Source: Candidatus Woesearchaeota archaeon (GTDB lineage: Archaea; Nanobdellota; Nanobdellia; Woesearchaeales; JABIAG01). From it: a DNA stretch of 64,000 bases. The stretch spans positions 128,001-192,000 of the forward strand of contig JABIAG010000003.1 of NCBI GenBank assembly GCA_018653365.1. The letters are read 5' to 3'. The notes under the pieces are model-generated. The model was given only the letters and a program-made list of their open reading frames with translations. It did no database searches and had not been told where the DNA came from. A program made the translations under genes and the position numbers. This document shows, one piece after another, positions 46,231 to 56,155 of this stretch; the stretch's first letter is position 1; the number at the start of each line of letters is the position of its first letter.

Positions 46231-47279
46231 TTGTATGCCTCTGAGTATTTTTTTGCTACAACAGTCCAAGAATAATTTTTTATTATGTATTCTCTGCATT
46301 TTTTTCTTAATCCTTCTGCTTTTTTTTGCATTTCTTTTAATGCGTTTACTAATTCAGCTAAGCTTCCTGGTTTAACCTTTATTCCCACTGTGTTGTCTAT
46401 TACATCTCTCATTCCACCAATGTTGCTTCCGATAACAGGGGTTCCACAACTTAATGCTTCTAGTGTAACAAATCCAAATGGTTCTTTTAGTGAAGGAATA
46501 ACTAGGACGTCTGCTTCAGAATAGTAATTGGGTAATTCAGATTGTGGTTTTTTGCCTAAGAATTCACAGTTAATCTTCGAGTCATTAGCCAGTTTCTTTA
46601 ATTGCATTTCTTTATCACCACTCCCAATGATCTTAAGGCAGTAATCATAATTTAATTTAGAACAAGCAGTAATTAGTTTGTTAATACCTTTTTCTTTTGA
46701 TAACCGTCCAACATATAGAATTCGTAACTTTTCTGACTTTGTATGTTTCTTTGGTGAAAATAGTTCCGTATCAACACCATTACTGATAACTTTGATCTCT
46801 CTTTTTATTCCAAGCTTCTCTAGTTCGTTCTTTGCTTGGGTTGTTAGGGTTGTTACAGTTTTAGCATTTCTTAAGAGCTTTTTCCCATATAGGTGATATG
46901 CTATTTTGATTATTGTCGGTATCTTCTCTATCCTTTGGGTTAATACTAAATTTTTGAGTTTTCTTAATTGCCATCCCATTGGCATAAACCATTCTTGTAA
47001 ATGTATTGCATCAAAGTTTTCTTTTTCAATCTTTTTTTTCAATCCCCTTAATTTTAACATGCCTTTTCTTTTTATGCCGCAACTATTTAGTCTAATCACT
47101 CTTACGTTTTTTAATTTACTTCCTTCAGTTATCTTTCTTACTTTTCCATATCGTGGTACAGAAAATTTACTAACATAAATTGTGATTTCATGACCTAATT
47201 TCGTTAAATTATCTGCTAGGTAATACTCATTTCCTTTTTCTCTTTCATCATAAAATGCAGTTATTAGTGCAATCTTCAT
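46227..47279 (-). CDS. GT4 glycosyltransferase
   Basis: NGVDTELF, YVGRLSKEKG, PSLKEPFGFVTLEA. Confidence 0.93.
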   Translation of the reverse strand: MKIALITAFYDEREKGNEYYLADNLTKLGHEITIYVSKFSVPRYGKVRKITEGSKLKNVRVIRLNSCGIKRKGMLKLRGLKKKIEKENFDAIHLQEWFMPMGWQLRKLKNLVLTQRIEKIPTIIKIAYHLYGKKLLRNAKTVTTLTTQAKNELEKLGIKREIKVISNGVDTELFSPKKHTKSEKLRILYVGRLSKEKGINKLITACSKLNYDYCLKIIGSGDKEMQLKKLANDSKINCEFLGKKPQSELPNYYSEADVLVIPSLKEPFGFVTLEALSCGTPVIGSNIGGMRDVIDNTVGIKVKPGSLAELVNALKEMQKKAEGLRKKCREYIIKNYSWTVVAKKYSEAYK

Positions 47280-48004
47280 TTTTTCTCCATTATAACATAC
47301 CAACCATTAACCATTCTGTGTGGCAGTACATTAGCTATTTTTTGATCAACCTTTTCCAGCAGTCTTCTTAGAGGTGTATGGAAGAATAGTTGGTTTATTG
47401 GAAACGTTCCTAATATGAAGCAATGGTTTTTTATCTTTCTTATTTTTAGTCCTGCCTTATTTGCTAATTTTTTTAGTTGTTTTATTCTGAACTTTTGTAT
47501 GTGTGGGTTATCATAATTTGCTGTGAACATACCTTCGTTTGTTTTTGTTTTACTTTTTAGTTTTGTTGTTTTTCTTGTTCGAGTTATTAATCTTCCAATA
47601 ATTTCGCTTGATCCATATCCATTTGGGACTGTGATGATTGCCCACTTTTTTGTAACTCTTGAAATTTCTTTTAACATACTTTCAGGATTTTGTAAATGTT
47701 CTAGTACTTGAATGTTTAACACCACATCATATTTTTCTTTTTCTTCTTTTATGTCTTTTACTTCAAAACTTACATTGGGTAGTTTGTTTCTTTTTTTTGC
47801 AATTTCGATTGATGCTTTATCTACGTCTATGCCTCTTATTTTTTTAGCAACTAGTCCTGTTGGAATTGTAATTGATCCCGTTCCACAACCAACATCTAAA
47901 ATGCTGGCATTATTAATCTTTTTTATGAAATCAGTTACGAACTTTAACCTATTTATTCCTCCTACATCGTCTTGTACATTGGTATGTTTTAGAAAAGCGT
48001 TCAT
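47276..48004 (-). CDS. Class I SAM-dependent methyltransferase
   Basis: ILDVGCGTG, QVLEHL, ITVPN; start at ATG 48004 (ATGA overlap). Confidence 0.9.
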   Translation of the reverse strand: MNAFLKHTNVQDDVGGINRLKFVTDFIKKINNASILDVGCGTGSITIPTGLVAKKIRGIDVDKASIEIAKKRNKLPNVSFEVKDIKEEKEKYDVVLNIQVLEHLQNPESMLKEISRVTKKWAIITVPNGYGSSEIIGRLITRTRKTTKLKSKTKTNEGMFTANYDNPHIQKFRIKQLKKLANKAGLKIRKIKNHCFILGTFPINQLFFHTPLRRLLEKVDQKIANVLPHRMVNGWYVIMEKK

Positions 48005-49110
48005 TTTACCTCTTTTAATACTTCTTCTACCTTTATTTTTTTCATACACTTTCGTTTTAGTTTTTGATTGCAGTGATCGTAAAGTCCACAAGGGCTACAT
48101 TCTTCATGTTTGCTGATTACTGTGCAATTTTTGTATGCTTTCCATCTTTTAATGTTTGTGGGTCCCATCAATTCTATTGTTTTTGCTCCAACGATTGAAG
48201 CTAGATGCATTCCTCCGGAATCGCATCCAATTACATACTTTGCTTTTGTCATTAAAGCTCCAACTTCATTTAGATCTTTTCCAAGAAATTCAAGGGGTTT
48301 TGTTCGTGCATATTTCATTACACTTAATACATTTTTATCTCCTTTTGCTCCTGATAGAATTACTTGATATTTCAAGTTTAGTTTATCAACAAGTTCGATC
48401 CATTTTTCTAATTCCCATTCTTTTGTCGGATACCCTGCTGAAGGTAAAATAACAATGATTTCTTTTTCAACTTTTTCTAGTACTACTTCAAGTTTCTTAT
48501 ATTCTTCTTTTCCTATTTCAAGTTTATATTTTGCATCGGTTCCACCAATTGCTTTGGCTAGTTCCAAGTTGTTTTCTACTTCGTGTTTATCAAGAAACTT
48601 AATTGGGTGGGTTAATAGATACTCTCCCCCAGTTATTCCATATCCTGCTCGTAATGGTGCTTTGCTTTTATAAACTAGTAAGAGTATGTTTCTCAGGTCC
48701 CCCCTTAAATCTATTGCCAAATCATATTGTGATTTTTTTAATTTTTTAATTAATTTAAAGTATGTTTTGATGTCATTCCAATCAAGTTTGAATCCATATC
48801 TTATCCAAGGAACATCATATTCGATTAAATTGTCATAATCATAGTTATATTTCCATACTTCTTTGAATTTTGAATTGATTACTACATCAATTTGAGCTTT
48901 TGGGTATGCTTTTCTTATTGATTCTATTGCTGGAAAGCTGATTAATGTGTCTCCCAGATAGCCAAAGTCCACAATTAATATCTTTTTAATTTCACTAAGA
49001 GAAATGCTTCTCTTGTTTTCAAACAGTTTGCAAGCGGGGTGGATTGTTTTTAGTATTCCATCAACTATCGCAACGGCTTTTCCTCTTTTCTTATTTATTA
49101 TCTTATTCAT
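48001..49110 (-). CDS. GT9 (heptosyltransferase-like) glycosyltransferase
   Basis: KILIVDFGYLGDTLI, YDLAIDLRGD, KEW, GCDSGGMHLA, LMGPT, CSPC...CM. Confidence 0.9.
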   Translation of the reverse strand: MNKIINKKRGKAVAIVDGILKTIHPACKLFENKRSISLSEIKKILIVDFGYLGDTLISFPAIESIRKAYPKAQIDVVINSKFKEVWKYNYDYDNLIEYDVPWIRYGFKLDWNDIKTYFKLIKKLKKSQYDLAIDLRGDLRNILLLVYKSKAPLRAGYGITGGEYLLTHPIKFLDKHEVENNLELAKAIGGTDAKYKLEIGKEEYKKLEVVLEKVEKEIIVILPSAGYPTKEWELEKWIELVDKLNLKYQVILSGAKGDKNVLSVMKYARTKPLEFLGKDLNEVGALMTKAKYVIGCDSGGMHLASIVGAKTIELMGPTNIKRWKAYKNCTVISKHEECSPCGLYDHCNQKLKRKCMKKIKVEEVLKEVK

Positions 49111-50239
49111 TTAGTAACTCTCGGTAAACTTTTTCATATTCTTCAATTATATCTTTCCATAAAAATGTTTTTGTGCCAAACTCAGTTAGTTTTCCCTGAT
49201 AGACGTCAACAACCCCTTTAGTTATTGCATTAGCGTTTCCCGGTTCGACTAGTTTGCCCTTGCCGTTTATTACTTCCGGTAGTGATCCCGCATTTGTTGC
49301 TACAACTGCTTTTCCTAAACTGCACGCTTCTACGCAAGTATATCCAAAGCCTTCTGCTAGTGAGGGTATAACAACACAATCTGCCATCATTACCTGGCTT
49401 GGTAGTTCTTCATACTTTGCAGGTTCTAATATTATGATGTTTTCTTTAAGTTTGAGTTTTTCAATCATATTCATTAGTTTGTCATACTGTTTTGTATACG
49501 CTTTAGCTTTACTTAATCTTAGTACTAATTTAACATTTTTTATTTCTTTTTTTATTTCTGGAAGCGCATTGATCAAATACTCAAAGCCTTTAGATGTACC
49601 GGGTCTTCCTGATGCGAAAAGAACATAATTTGTCTCAATATTCAACTTTTTTCTCCAAAGACTTTTGTCATACTTTTTTGGGTCCCATGGAGCGTAATCC
49701 ATACCATTGTGTATTGTCATAACTTTTTCTTTTGGGATATTTTTAACATTAAGTAGGTCTTTTTTTGTTGCGTTAGAAACACATATGTATTTGTCAAACT
49801 TTTGTTTGTATATTCCCTTTTCGAGCGTATTATGGATCCAGATGGAAACTCCGCGTTTTTCAGTAACTAGATTCCATTTCCCTATCCATACTTCATGTAC
49901 TGTTAAAATAACTTTCTTACCTGCTTTTTTGGCTCCAATTGAAGCGGGTCGACTTGCTGTGAATGTTGTAGTGTGTACTAAATCATAATTTTTGGCTTCT
50001 TGTGCAACTTTTCTTGTTGCTAGGAAGCTAAATAAGTATCTTGTCAGAATTTTTGGTACGTTTACACGTTCAATTTCAACTCCATTAAGGGTTTCTTTTT
50101 TTTGGGTTCCTGAAATTCTAGAAGTGATTACTTTAACGTTATGTCCTCTTTTAACTAAACCTTCGCATAGGTTCTTGAATACAATTTCTACTCCTCCTAT
50201 GTGGGGAAGGTAGTATTCCAATACAAACAGTATTTTCAT
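49103..50239 (-). CDS. GT4 glycosyltransferase
   Basis: EYYLPHIGGVE, GRPGTSKG, PSLAEGFGYTCVEA. Confidence 0.92.
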   Translation of the reverse strand: MKILFVLEYYLPHIGGVEIVFKNLCEGLVKRGHNVKVITSRISGTQKKETLNGVEIERVNVPKILTRYLFSFLATRKVAQEAKNYDLVHTTTFTASRPASIGAKKAGKKVILTVHEVWIGKWNLVTEKRGVSIWIHNTLEKGIYKQKFDKYICVSNATKKDLLNVKNIPKEKVMTIHNGMDYAPWDPKKYDKSLWRKKLNIETNYVLFASGRPGTSKGFEYLINALPEIKKEIKNVKLVLRLSKAKAYTKQYDKLMNMIEKLKLKENIIILEPAKYEELPSQVMMADCVVIPSLAEGFGYTCVEACSLGKAVVATNAGSLPEVINGKGKLVEPGNANAITKGVVDVYQGKLTEFGTKTFLWKDIIEEYEKVYRELLNE

Positions 50240-50616
50240 TTTCTTTCTTCATCTTCAGTTTTCTTAGACAAGTTATCAGTTTCAATAACTTCACAATTTT
50301 TTAATGCTATTTTTCTTACTATTTCTTCTACTTTTTTGTTATTTTTCTTTACTAGTCTGTAATTTTGAAATCCCAGTAGTATTAAGAATAAAAATCCAAT
50401 TATAGTTAGGAAATCAAGGGTTCGTACAATTGAGAGCGTTCGTGTTATTTTATCTAGAATGTTGGGAAATATAATTAAAAAGATAAACACTAGCCAGAAT
50501 ATTGTCCACAGAACAAATTCGCCGCTTCTAAATTCTTTCTTTTTGAAGTTAACAAAACTAAGATAAAGTAATACTGCTCCAAATAAAACTCCAATAATCT
50601 GTATTCCCACTAACAT
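50236..50616 (-). CDS. DUF2304-like small membrane protein
   Basis: Three TMs, FPNILDKIT...IVR, EEIVRKIAL; directly follows a DPM-like GT2, the usual context for this family. Confidence 0.78.
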   Translation of the reverse strand: MLVGIQIIGVLFGAVLLYLSFVNFKKKEFRSGEFVLWTIFWLVFIFLIIFPNILDKITRTLSIVRTLDFLTIIGFLFLILLGFQNYRLVKKNNKKVEEIVRKIALKNCEVIETDNLSKKTEDEERK

Positions 50617-50629
50617 TTTTTTCCCTCCT

Positions 50630-51295
50630 TCATAGGTTAAATAACTTCCACTTTATTAAGTTTAGTACTATTTTTATGCCATCAACTGTTGTTGTGCCTT
50701 TGTATTTATCCCCATATATTGTTGTTATGGGAATTTCGCAGTAGTTGATATTATTTCTTCCTGCTCTTGCAATCATCTCTGATTCCATTGAATAATCATT
50801 AGCTTGCCATCGAATCTTTTTATATGTTTCTGATGTGAATGCTCTAAACCCTGATTGTGTGTCTCGTAAGTTTATTCTATAAAGGAGTTTGGTAATCTTG
50901 TCTATTGCAAAATTTCCTGCTCTGAATATGAAGGGCATATTTTTTGAGGGAATTCTATAGCCAAATACTAAGTCTTTTTCTTTTAGTTTTGTAATAAAAT
51001 TTGGAATCAGTTTTGGTTCATGTTGTCCGTCTGCATCCATTACAATGATGTGTTTTGCTCCTCGACTTATTGCATAATCACATCCGGTTTTTAATGCTGC
51101 ACCTTTACCTAAATTTGTTATGTGTCTTAATACTGTAACTTTTTCAGTTTTTGCTATTTTAGAAGTTGAGTCTTTGCTGCCATCATCAACGAGGATTATA
51201 TTTTTTACATAAGTCTTAACATCTTTTAGTACTTTTCCGATGTGTTTCTCTTCGTTGTGTGCTGGAATGACAACGAAGGTTTCATTCGGTTCCAT
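50630..51295 (-). CDS. GT2 dolichol-phosphate sugar synthase-like
   Basis: IPAHNEE, VDDGSKD, NLGKGAAL, DADGQH, DTQSGFRA. Confidence 0.92.
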   Translation of the reverse strand: MEPNETFVVIPAHNEEKHIGKVLKDVKTYVKNIILVDDGSKDSTSKIAKTEKVTVLRHITNLGKGAALKTGCDYAISRGAKHIIVMDADGQHEPKLIPNFITKLKEKDLVFGYRIPSKNMPFIFRAGNFAIDKITKLLYRINLRDTQSGFRAFTSETYKKIRWQANDYSMESEMIARAGRNNINYCEIPITTIYGDKYKGTTTVDGIKIVLNLIKWKLFNL

Positions 51296-54134
51296 TGCCC
51301 TCTTTACTTGCCTCTTCTTTTAATCGTGTTTGAACTTGACATTGCCAATCTACTTTGTAAACATATATTTTGCCCCCAGTTATTTGGGTTTGTTCATCAA
51401 ATTTCTCAAAACAGTTTAATCCATTTCCATTATTGAAAAACATTCTTGTGAACATGCTGCTAGATAATAATGGATCAGTAGCCATGGCTTGATACTCTTC
51501 ACCTTTTTTTATTACGGTTATGCCTACGCTAATTCCTGAGTTATTGTATTCTTTTTGTGTAATGATTCCCTCCTCAAAGTAAGCAAACTTTTTTGGTGTT
51601 AGTTTGTCTTGAGTGGTTGTTTGAGCATAGATTTCTTTGCTAGTTGTGTTTAAAATGAATGGAATCTTTTGATTGCCCACTCCTTGAATACATTGATATA
51701 TGGTAGGTTCTATTTCACTGCATGTTTTTAATCCTGATGCGTATCCAGGCCATCTTGATATCCATTGATTTGGGTCTTGGGTTGTTATATCATCATAGTA
51801 TTTCATTGATTGTTCTTCACTTAGTTCGAATTGAGTTTGTAAAATAGTTAGGCTTTCAGATTCTGTTTTTCCTTTTAGCTCTCGTACCATTGATGCTTTT
51901 TCAAAGTCCCAGCTCCCAAAGTGGCCCCACACTCCTGCTTTTCCAACCATGTCTTCTGAGGCTATAACGAATGCTTCGGGGGGCGCACAGTGTGTAAGGG
52001 TTAAGATTTCTTCAACTTCATTTTCAGAAAATTCATTTGATTCAAGTAAGTTCTTTGCACCAGTTTCATCTTGTAAGATTATGTTTTTAATAAGTAAAAT
52101 GGAGTTGAAATCATTTTTTAATTTATCATTTATTTTATCATAAGCCCCGTTACCGCCACAATCCAGCATTCTTATTATTGCAAATGCTTCTTTTTCATCA
52201 GATGTTAAGAGTAATTTTCCTACCCAATGCGCTTTTGGCGAGTTTTGAGATGCACCATCAAAGTTGGTTCCTCGGTCTGCTGCGTATTTAAACCAGTGTC
52301 CAAAGTCCCACCAGGAGGTAATAATTGCGTTTTCTTCTGAGCTTTCTTTTATGTTTGTTAATGAAGTCCACCATGCATCATTCATTGAGGGAATTTCGTT
52401 AACTGCTTGATTCCATCCTGCTTTTGCAGGTGCAACTAATAATCCAATTGCTAGTAATATGAATATTATGTTTATTAGCCCTTTGCTTATGTCTAGTTGA
52501 GCGGGCAGTGTCTTTTTTGCATAATTGTAAATGATGCCTATAAATGCGCCTATCGCAATACTAAATGCCGGAACTAATAATAATGTAAATCTTAATCCTT
52601 TTGTTGAACCATAAATTGCGCCAACAAACCATAATGTTAAAAATATTGCATATTTTAGATCCCGTTTTCCATTCTCTTTTTTAACAACAGTTAAGATGAT
52701 TCCAACAACAGCAATAAAGAATAAGAATCCACCCCCTATTGCACCAATTGTTGATTCAACGGATGCAGGGTTTAGTTCTGCTACGGTGGTTAACACATTA
52801 GGCCAGATTGTTCCCAGGGCAACTTCTTTTATTTGAATGATGCTCAGTGGGAAGTTTAAGAATGCATAGAAAAATTGTTGTATTCCTCTAACAAATCCAC
52901 TTTTAAAAAGTATGGCAACACTTAACATTGCAGCGAAGAAGAATGGAACTGCTGATATTATGAGGTCTTTTAGTGTTGTTTTTGTCTCTTTTTTTGTTTT
53001 TGAATTCATAATTAGTTTTATGATTCCATAGATTATTATTGTTGCAATTATAAAGTCAAATATGTACCACCATCCTGACCAGAATCTTGAATATAGTCCA
53101 ACCAAAAGTCCAGAACCTATACCTAACCATAATTTGGTTTTAGTTTTCTTTGCTTCAAATGCACCTATAAACAGCCAGGCAATCATTAGTGGAAAAAACA
53201 CGTTATATGGGTCTGTATCAGCAAATCCTGCTACTGTTCTTGTCATAAATGCAGTATGTACTGCTAGCAAAGATGCTCCCGCTGTTGCCCCTAAGTTTCC
53301 TGCGACTTTTTTTATTAAGAAAAAGCAGGGAATTATGGCAAGGGTCGCTATTATTAATGGCACGTAAAAAATAGCCTTCATAATATCTTTATTTCCAAAG
53401 GCTCGTGAAATTTTGAAAGTTATATAATTTACATAATTGTGATAATTGTTATCTGGTGCTTTTTTGCTTGGGGCGTTCTTTTTTGTTTCATATGATATTC
53501 CGTTTTCTTTTACATCTCCAAGATGTCCATTTTCATCAAGATTTCTTGCATATCTTGCATAATAATATGGGTCGATCGCAATTAAGTATGTTTGTCCATT
53601 ATCATTTTGTAATCTTGATTTGTATGCCTTCCTGTATCCTTCAATTGCTTCATTATAAGGAAGTTGCTCTAACTGGCCATTTCCTGGAGCAAAGACCTTG
53701 TCTTGAAGTTTAAGTTTTTTATATTCTTCTTCTATGAGTCTTTGTTTGTTTTCTTGTGGTAAACTTGGAAACTGTGCGTTTATTGATTGAGAGATAACAT
53801 TCATGTTAAAGTTGTCAATGCTGTTTTCTGCCCATTGTTCGGTTATAGGCAAATAGGCAGGTTGTATTCTAAAAAATATGCTAAGAAATATGGGAATTAA
53901 TATTAATAGAATAATTCCATATTTTTTTGTAAACTTTTTGGTTTCTTTATACCCTTTTTTGATTGTTTCTTTTACGTCTTTTAAATCTAGTTCATCTTCG
54001 GTGGATTCTTTACTTTCTTTTTTATCTTTTGAAAAGAAGTTTTTGAATCCTGCTTTTATTTTTGAGAAGTCTATATTTACTTCTTCGTCTTCTATTTTTT
54101 CTTCTTGAGATTTGGATTTTTCGTTTTCTTCCAT
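51282..54134 (-). CDS. aglB: Oligosaccharyltransferase AglB (STT3)
   Basis: IAIDPYYYAR, GFADTD, TTVAEL, SWWDFGHW, many TMs. Confidence 0.95.
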   Translation of the reverse strand: MEENEKSKSQEEKIEDEEVNIDFSKIKAGFKNFFSKDKKESKESTEDELDLKDVKETIKKGYKETKKFTKKYGIILLILIPIFLSIFFRIQPAYLPITEQWAENSIDNFNMNVISQSINAQFPSLPQENKQRLIEEEYKKLKLQDKVFAPGNGQLEQLPYNEAIEGYRKAYKSRLQNDNGQTYLIAIDPYYYARYARNLDENGHLGDVKENGISYETKKNAPSKKAPDNNYHNYVNYITFKISRAFGNKDIMKAIFYVPLIIATLAIIPCFFLIKKVAGNLGATAGASLLAVHTAFMTRTVAGFADTDPYNVFFPLMIAWLFIGAFEAKKTKTKLWLGIGSGLLVGLYSRFWSGWWYIFDFIIATIIIYGIIKLIMNSKTKKETKTTLKDLIISAVPFFFAAMLSVAILFKSGFVRGIQQFFYAFLNFPLSIIQIKEVALGTIWPNVLTTVAELNPASVESTIGAIGGGFLFFIAVVGIILTVVKKENGKRDLKYAIFLTLWFVGAIYGSTKGLRFTLLLVPAFSIAIGAFIGIIYNYAKKTLPAQLDISKGLINIIFILLAIGLLVAPAKAGWNQAVNEIPSMNDAWWTSLTNIKESSEENAIITSWWDFGHWFKYAADRGTNFDGASQNSPKAHWVGKLLLTSDEKEAFAIIRMLDCGGNGAYDKINDKLKNDFNSILLIKNIILQDETGAKNLLESNEFSENEVEEILTLTHCAPPEAFVIASEDMVGKAGVWGHFGSWDFEKASMVRELKGKTESESLTILQTQFELSEEQSMKYYDDITTQDPNQWISRWPGYASGLKTCSEIEPTIYQCIQGVGNQKIPFILNTTSKEIYAQTTTQDKLTPKKFAYFEEGIITQKEYNNSGISVGITVIKKGEEYQAMATDPLLSSSMFTRMFFNNGNGLNCFEKFDEQTQITGGKIYVYKVDWQCQVQTRLKEEASKEGNGTE

Positions 54135-54165
54135 TTTTTGTTTAGTGATATTCAAGAACTGGAAA

Positions 54166-55176
54166 CTATTTATAAATTTTTGGGGCGTATGTGATTAGTG
54201 TTGGATTACGTAATAAGAGCTTGATTGCAATCTTTTTTAGGTTATCTCGATCTATTTCTTCAAGTATTTTTTTGTTTTTTTCTTTTCTAAATAATTTAAA
54301 TAGTTTTTTAATTTCTTCATCGTTTAAATGGTCTAATACTTTTCTTGCTATTAATTGTGTTTTCAATTCTTTTCTTACCTTTCTTAGTTTTCTTTTGTAT
54401 TTTTTTCTTTTAATTAAACAGTTTGCTAGAACTTTTGCTGCTTTCAATCCAGGTATGATTCCGCCGCCGGTTGTTGCTTTTACCATTCCTGCTGCATCCC
54501 CTACTATGTATAGGTTATTTTTGCAGAGTTTGTTTTTTGGGTTATATTTTGGAATTAGTCCTGCTTGTAATGAATTTTGTTTTCCTTTTGTAAACTTTTT
54601 GAATGTTTGTTTAGCGTTTTCTTTTTCATCCATGATTCCAACGCGGCAGGTCCCATTTCCTTCAGGGATTGTCCATCCAAATTTGCCGTAATCAAGCGAG
54701 GCCTTAATTTGAGAGTCCGGGAGTTTTATTTTAGTTTGTATTCCCATCCAAGATGTTGTTTTGTTTCCTATGGCTTTTGATACTATTGAGTTGGGCCCAT
54801 CCGCACCTATGATTATTCCTTTTAGTTCAGCTAAATCATTAATTCTTTTTCCCAGAGAAAATTTAACCCCTCTTTCTTTTGCTTTATTATAAAAAAACGT
54901 ATCAAATTTGGTGCGGTCTATTATTATGTCTGGATTTCTTAGTTTTATTTTGAGCTTTTGATCTTTATAACTTATTTCAAAGTTTTTTATTTTGTTTAGA
55001 ATAACTTCTGGTGGAATTTGGATCACACTATTAATACTATTAGTTATTATTCCTGCGCATTGTACTGGTTTTCCAATTTCTGAATGTTCTTCATAAACTT
55101 CCACTTCGAATTTATCTGCAAGTAGGTATGCAAGATAACATCCAACTGGTCCAGCGCCGATTATATTGATTTTCAT
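54166..55176 (-). CDS. Geranylgeranyl reductase family FAD oxidoreductase
   Basis: IIGAGPVG, GKPVQCAG, IGADG, FGWTIP, VGDAAGMVKATTGGGI. Confidence 0.88.
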   Translation of the reverse strand: MKINIIGAGPVGCYLAYLLADKFEVEVYEEHSEIGKPVQCAGIITNSINSVIQIPPEVILNKIKNFEISYKDQKLKIKLRNPDIIIDRTKFDTFFYNKAKERGVKFSLGKRINDLAELKGIIIGADGPNSIVSKAIGNKTTSWMGIQTKIKLPDSQIKASLDYGKFGWTIPEGNGTCRVGIMDEKENAKQTFKKFTKGKQNSLQAGLIPKYNPKNKLCKNNLYIVGDAAGMVKATTGGGIIPGLKAAKVLANCLIKRKKYKRKLRKVRKELKTQLIARKVLDHLNDEEIKKLFKLFRKEKNKKILEEIDRDNLKKIAIKLLLRNPTLITYAPKIYK

Positions 55177-55298
55177 TCTTGTTTTAACTTCCTCAATTAT
55201 TTAACTTTGACCTACTACTATATAATAGTAAACTATCAATAATCTTTATAAGCTTTACTCCATTTCCAAATAAAATAGTTGTTGGAGGGATATTAAAA

Positions 55299-56141
55299 AT
55301 GGTAGGTCGAATAGGAAGTTTTTATAATGGTCATAGAAAAGTATGTAATTTAACAGGGGGAGTTTTACTTTCTTTAGGGATTCTTGGAACTGGTGCTTTT
55401 GGTGTTAGAAAATATGCTGAGGGTAAAGCAGATGCTGCTCGAACAGAAGAACGACAGGCTGCTGCAGAAAGAGAGGCACAATTAAGAGCTCAAATGGCTG
55501 CTCAACAAAGAGCTGCTGGAAGAAGAACTAATTTTAGAGCATTCATAGGTTCAAATAGGTATGATGAAGGTATGCGTGGTCGTGACAAATTAAAAGCAGG
55601 TGCTAGTGGACGTTTTAAACATACTGATGAACAAGGAAATCAAACACCTTATCAAAACGGTTGGATTGCAAGAGGAATCGGACTTGTTGATGGTGGTGTT
55701 CGTGGAGCCTTTGCTGGTTTAAAGAATTATACTTCGAGAGTTCCTGTGTTAAATTATGGTACTAAAATCGTTAATGGAACTGCAAATGGGATTATGAATT
55801 TTTCTGTTGGGGCTGTAGCTGACGTGCTTGAAGCAACCGATAAAGGTTTGGCTAAATTGTTCGGTTATGATGCTATGAAACCTATAGATCCTGCTGATCC
55901 TCGTGCTAAAAAACCTGCAGTTAATACTGGTGACCCAGAAAGTGCTGCAGCAATTGCTGCTCAAGGCTTTGGTGGTGGCTTACGACTTGGTTGGTTAGCT
56001 TGGATGGTGGATTGTCACAGAGACCATAAAGATGATCACAATAACAACAATAACAATAATGGAAATAATGGTAATAATAACTCTACTTCAGAACCGGATC
56101 TTGATGGGATTCTAGAAGGGGGAAACGAATTCACAAATTAG
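55299..56141 (+). CDS. Membrane-anchored hypothetical protein with Asn-rich tail
   Basis: SD GGAGGG, one N-terminal TM, Ala/Arg-rich helix, Gly-rich body. Confidence 0.7.
   Translation: MVGRIGSFYNGHRKVCNLTGGVLLSLGILGTGAFGVRKYAEGKADAARTEERQAAAEREAQLRAQMAAQQRAAGRRTNFRAFIGSNRYDEGMRGRDKLKAGASGRFKHTDEQGNQTPYQNGWIARGIGLVDGGVRGAFAGLKNYTSRVPVLNYGTKIVNGTANGIMNFSVGAVADVLEATDKGLAKLFGYDAMKPIDPADPRAKKPAVNTGDPESAAAIAAQGFGGGLRLGWLAWMVDCHRDHKDDHNNNNNNNGNNGNNNSTSEPDLDGILEGGNEFTN
56040..56081 (+). repeat. AAT/AAC low-complexity tract (NNNNNNNGNNGNNN)
   Basis: Read directly; in frame within 55299-56141. Confidence 0.85.
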
Positions 56142-56155
56142 GTGGGGGAAACAAA

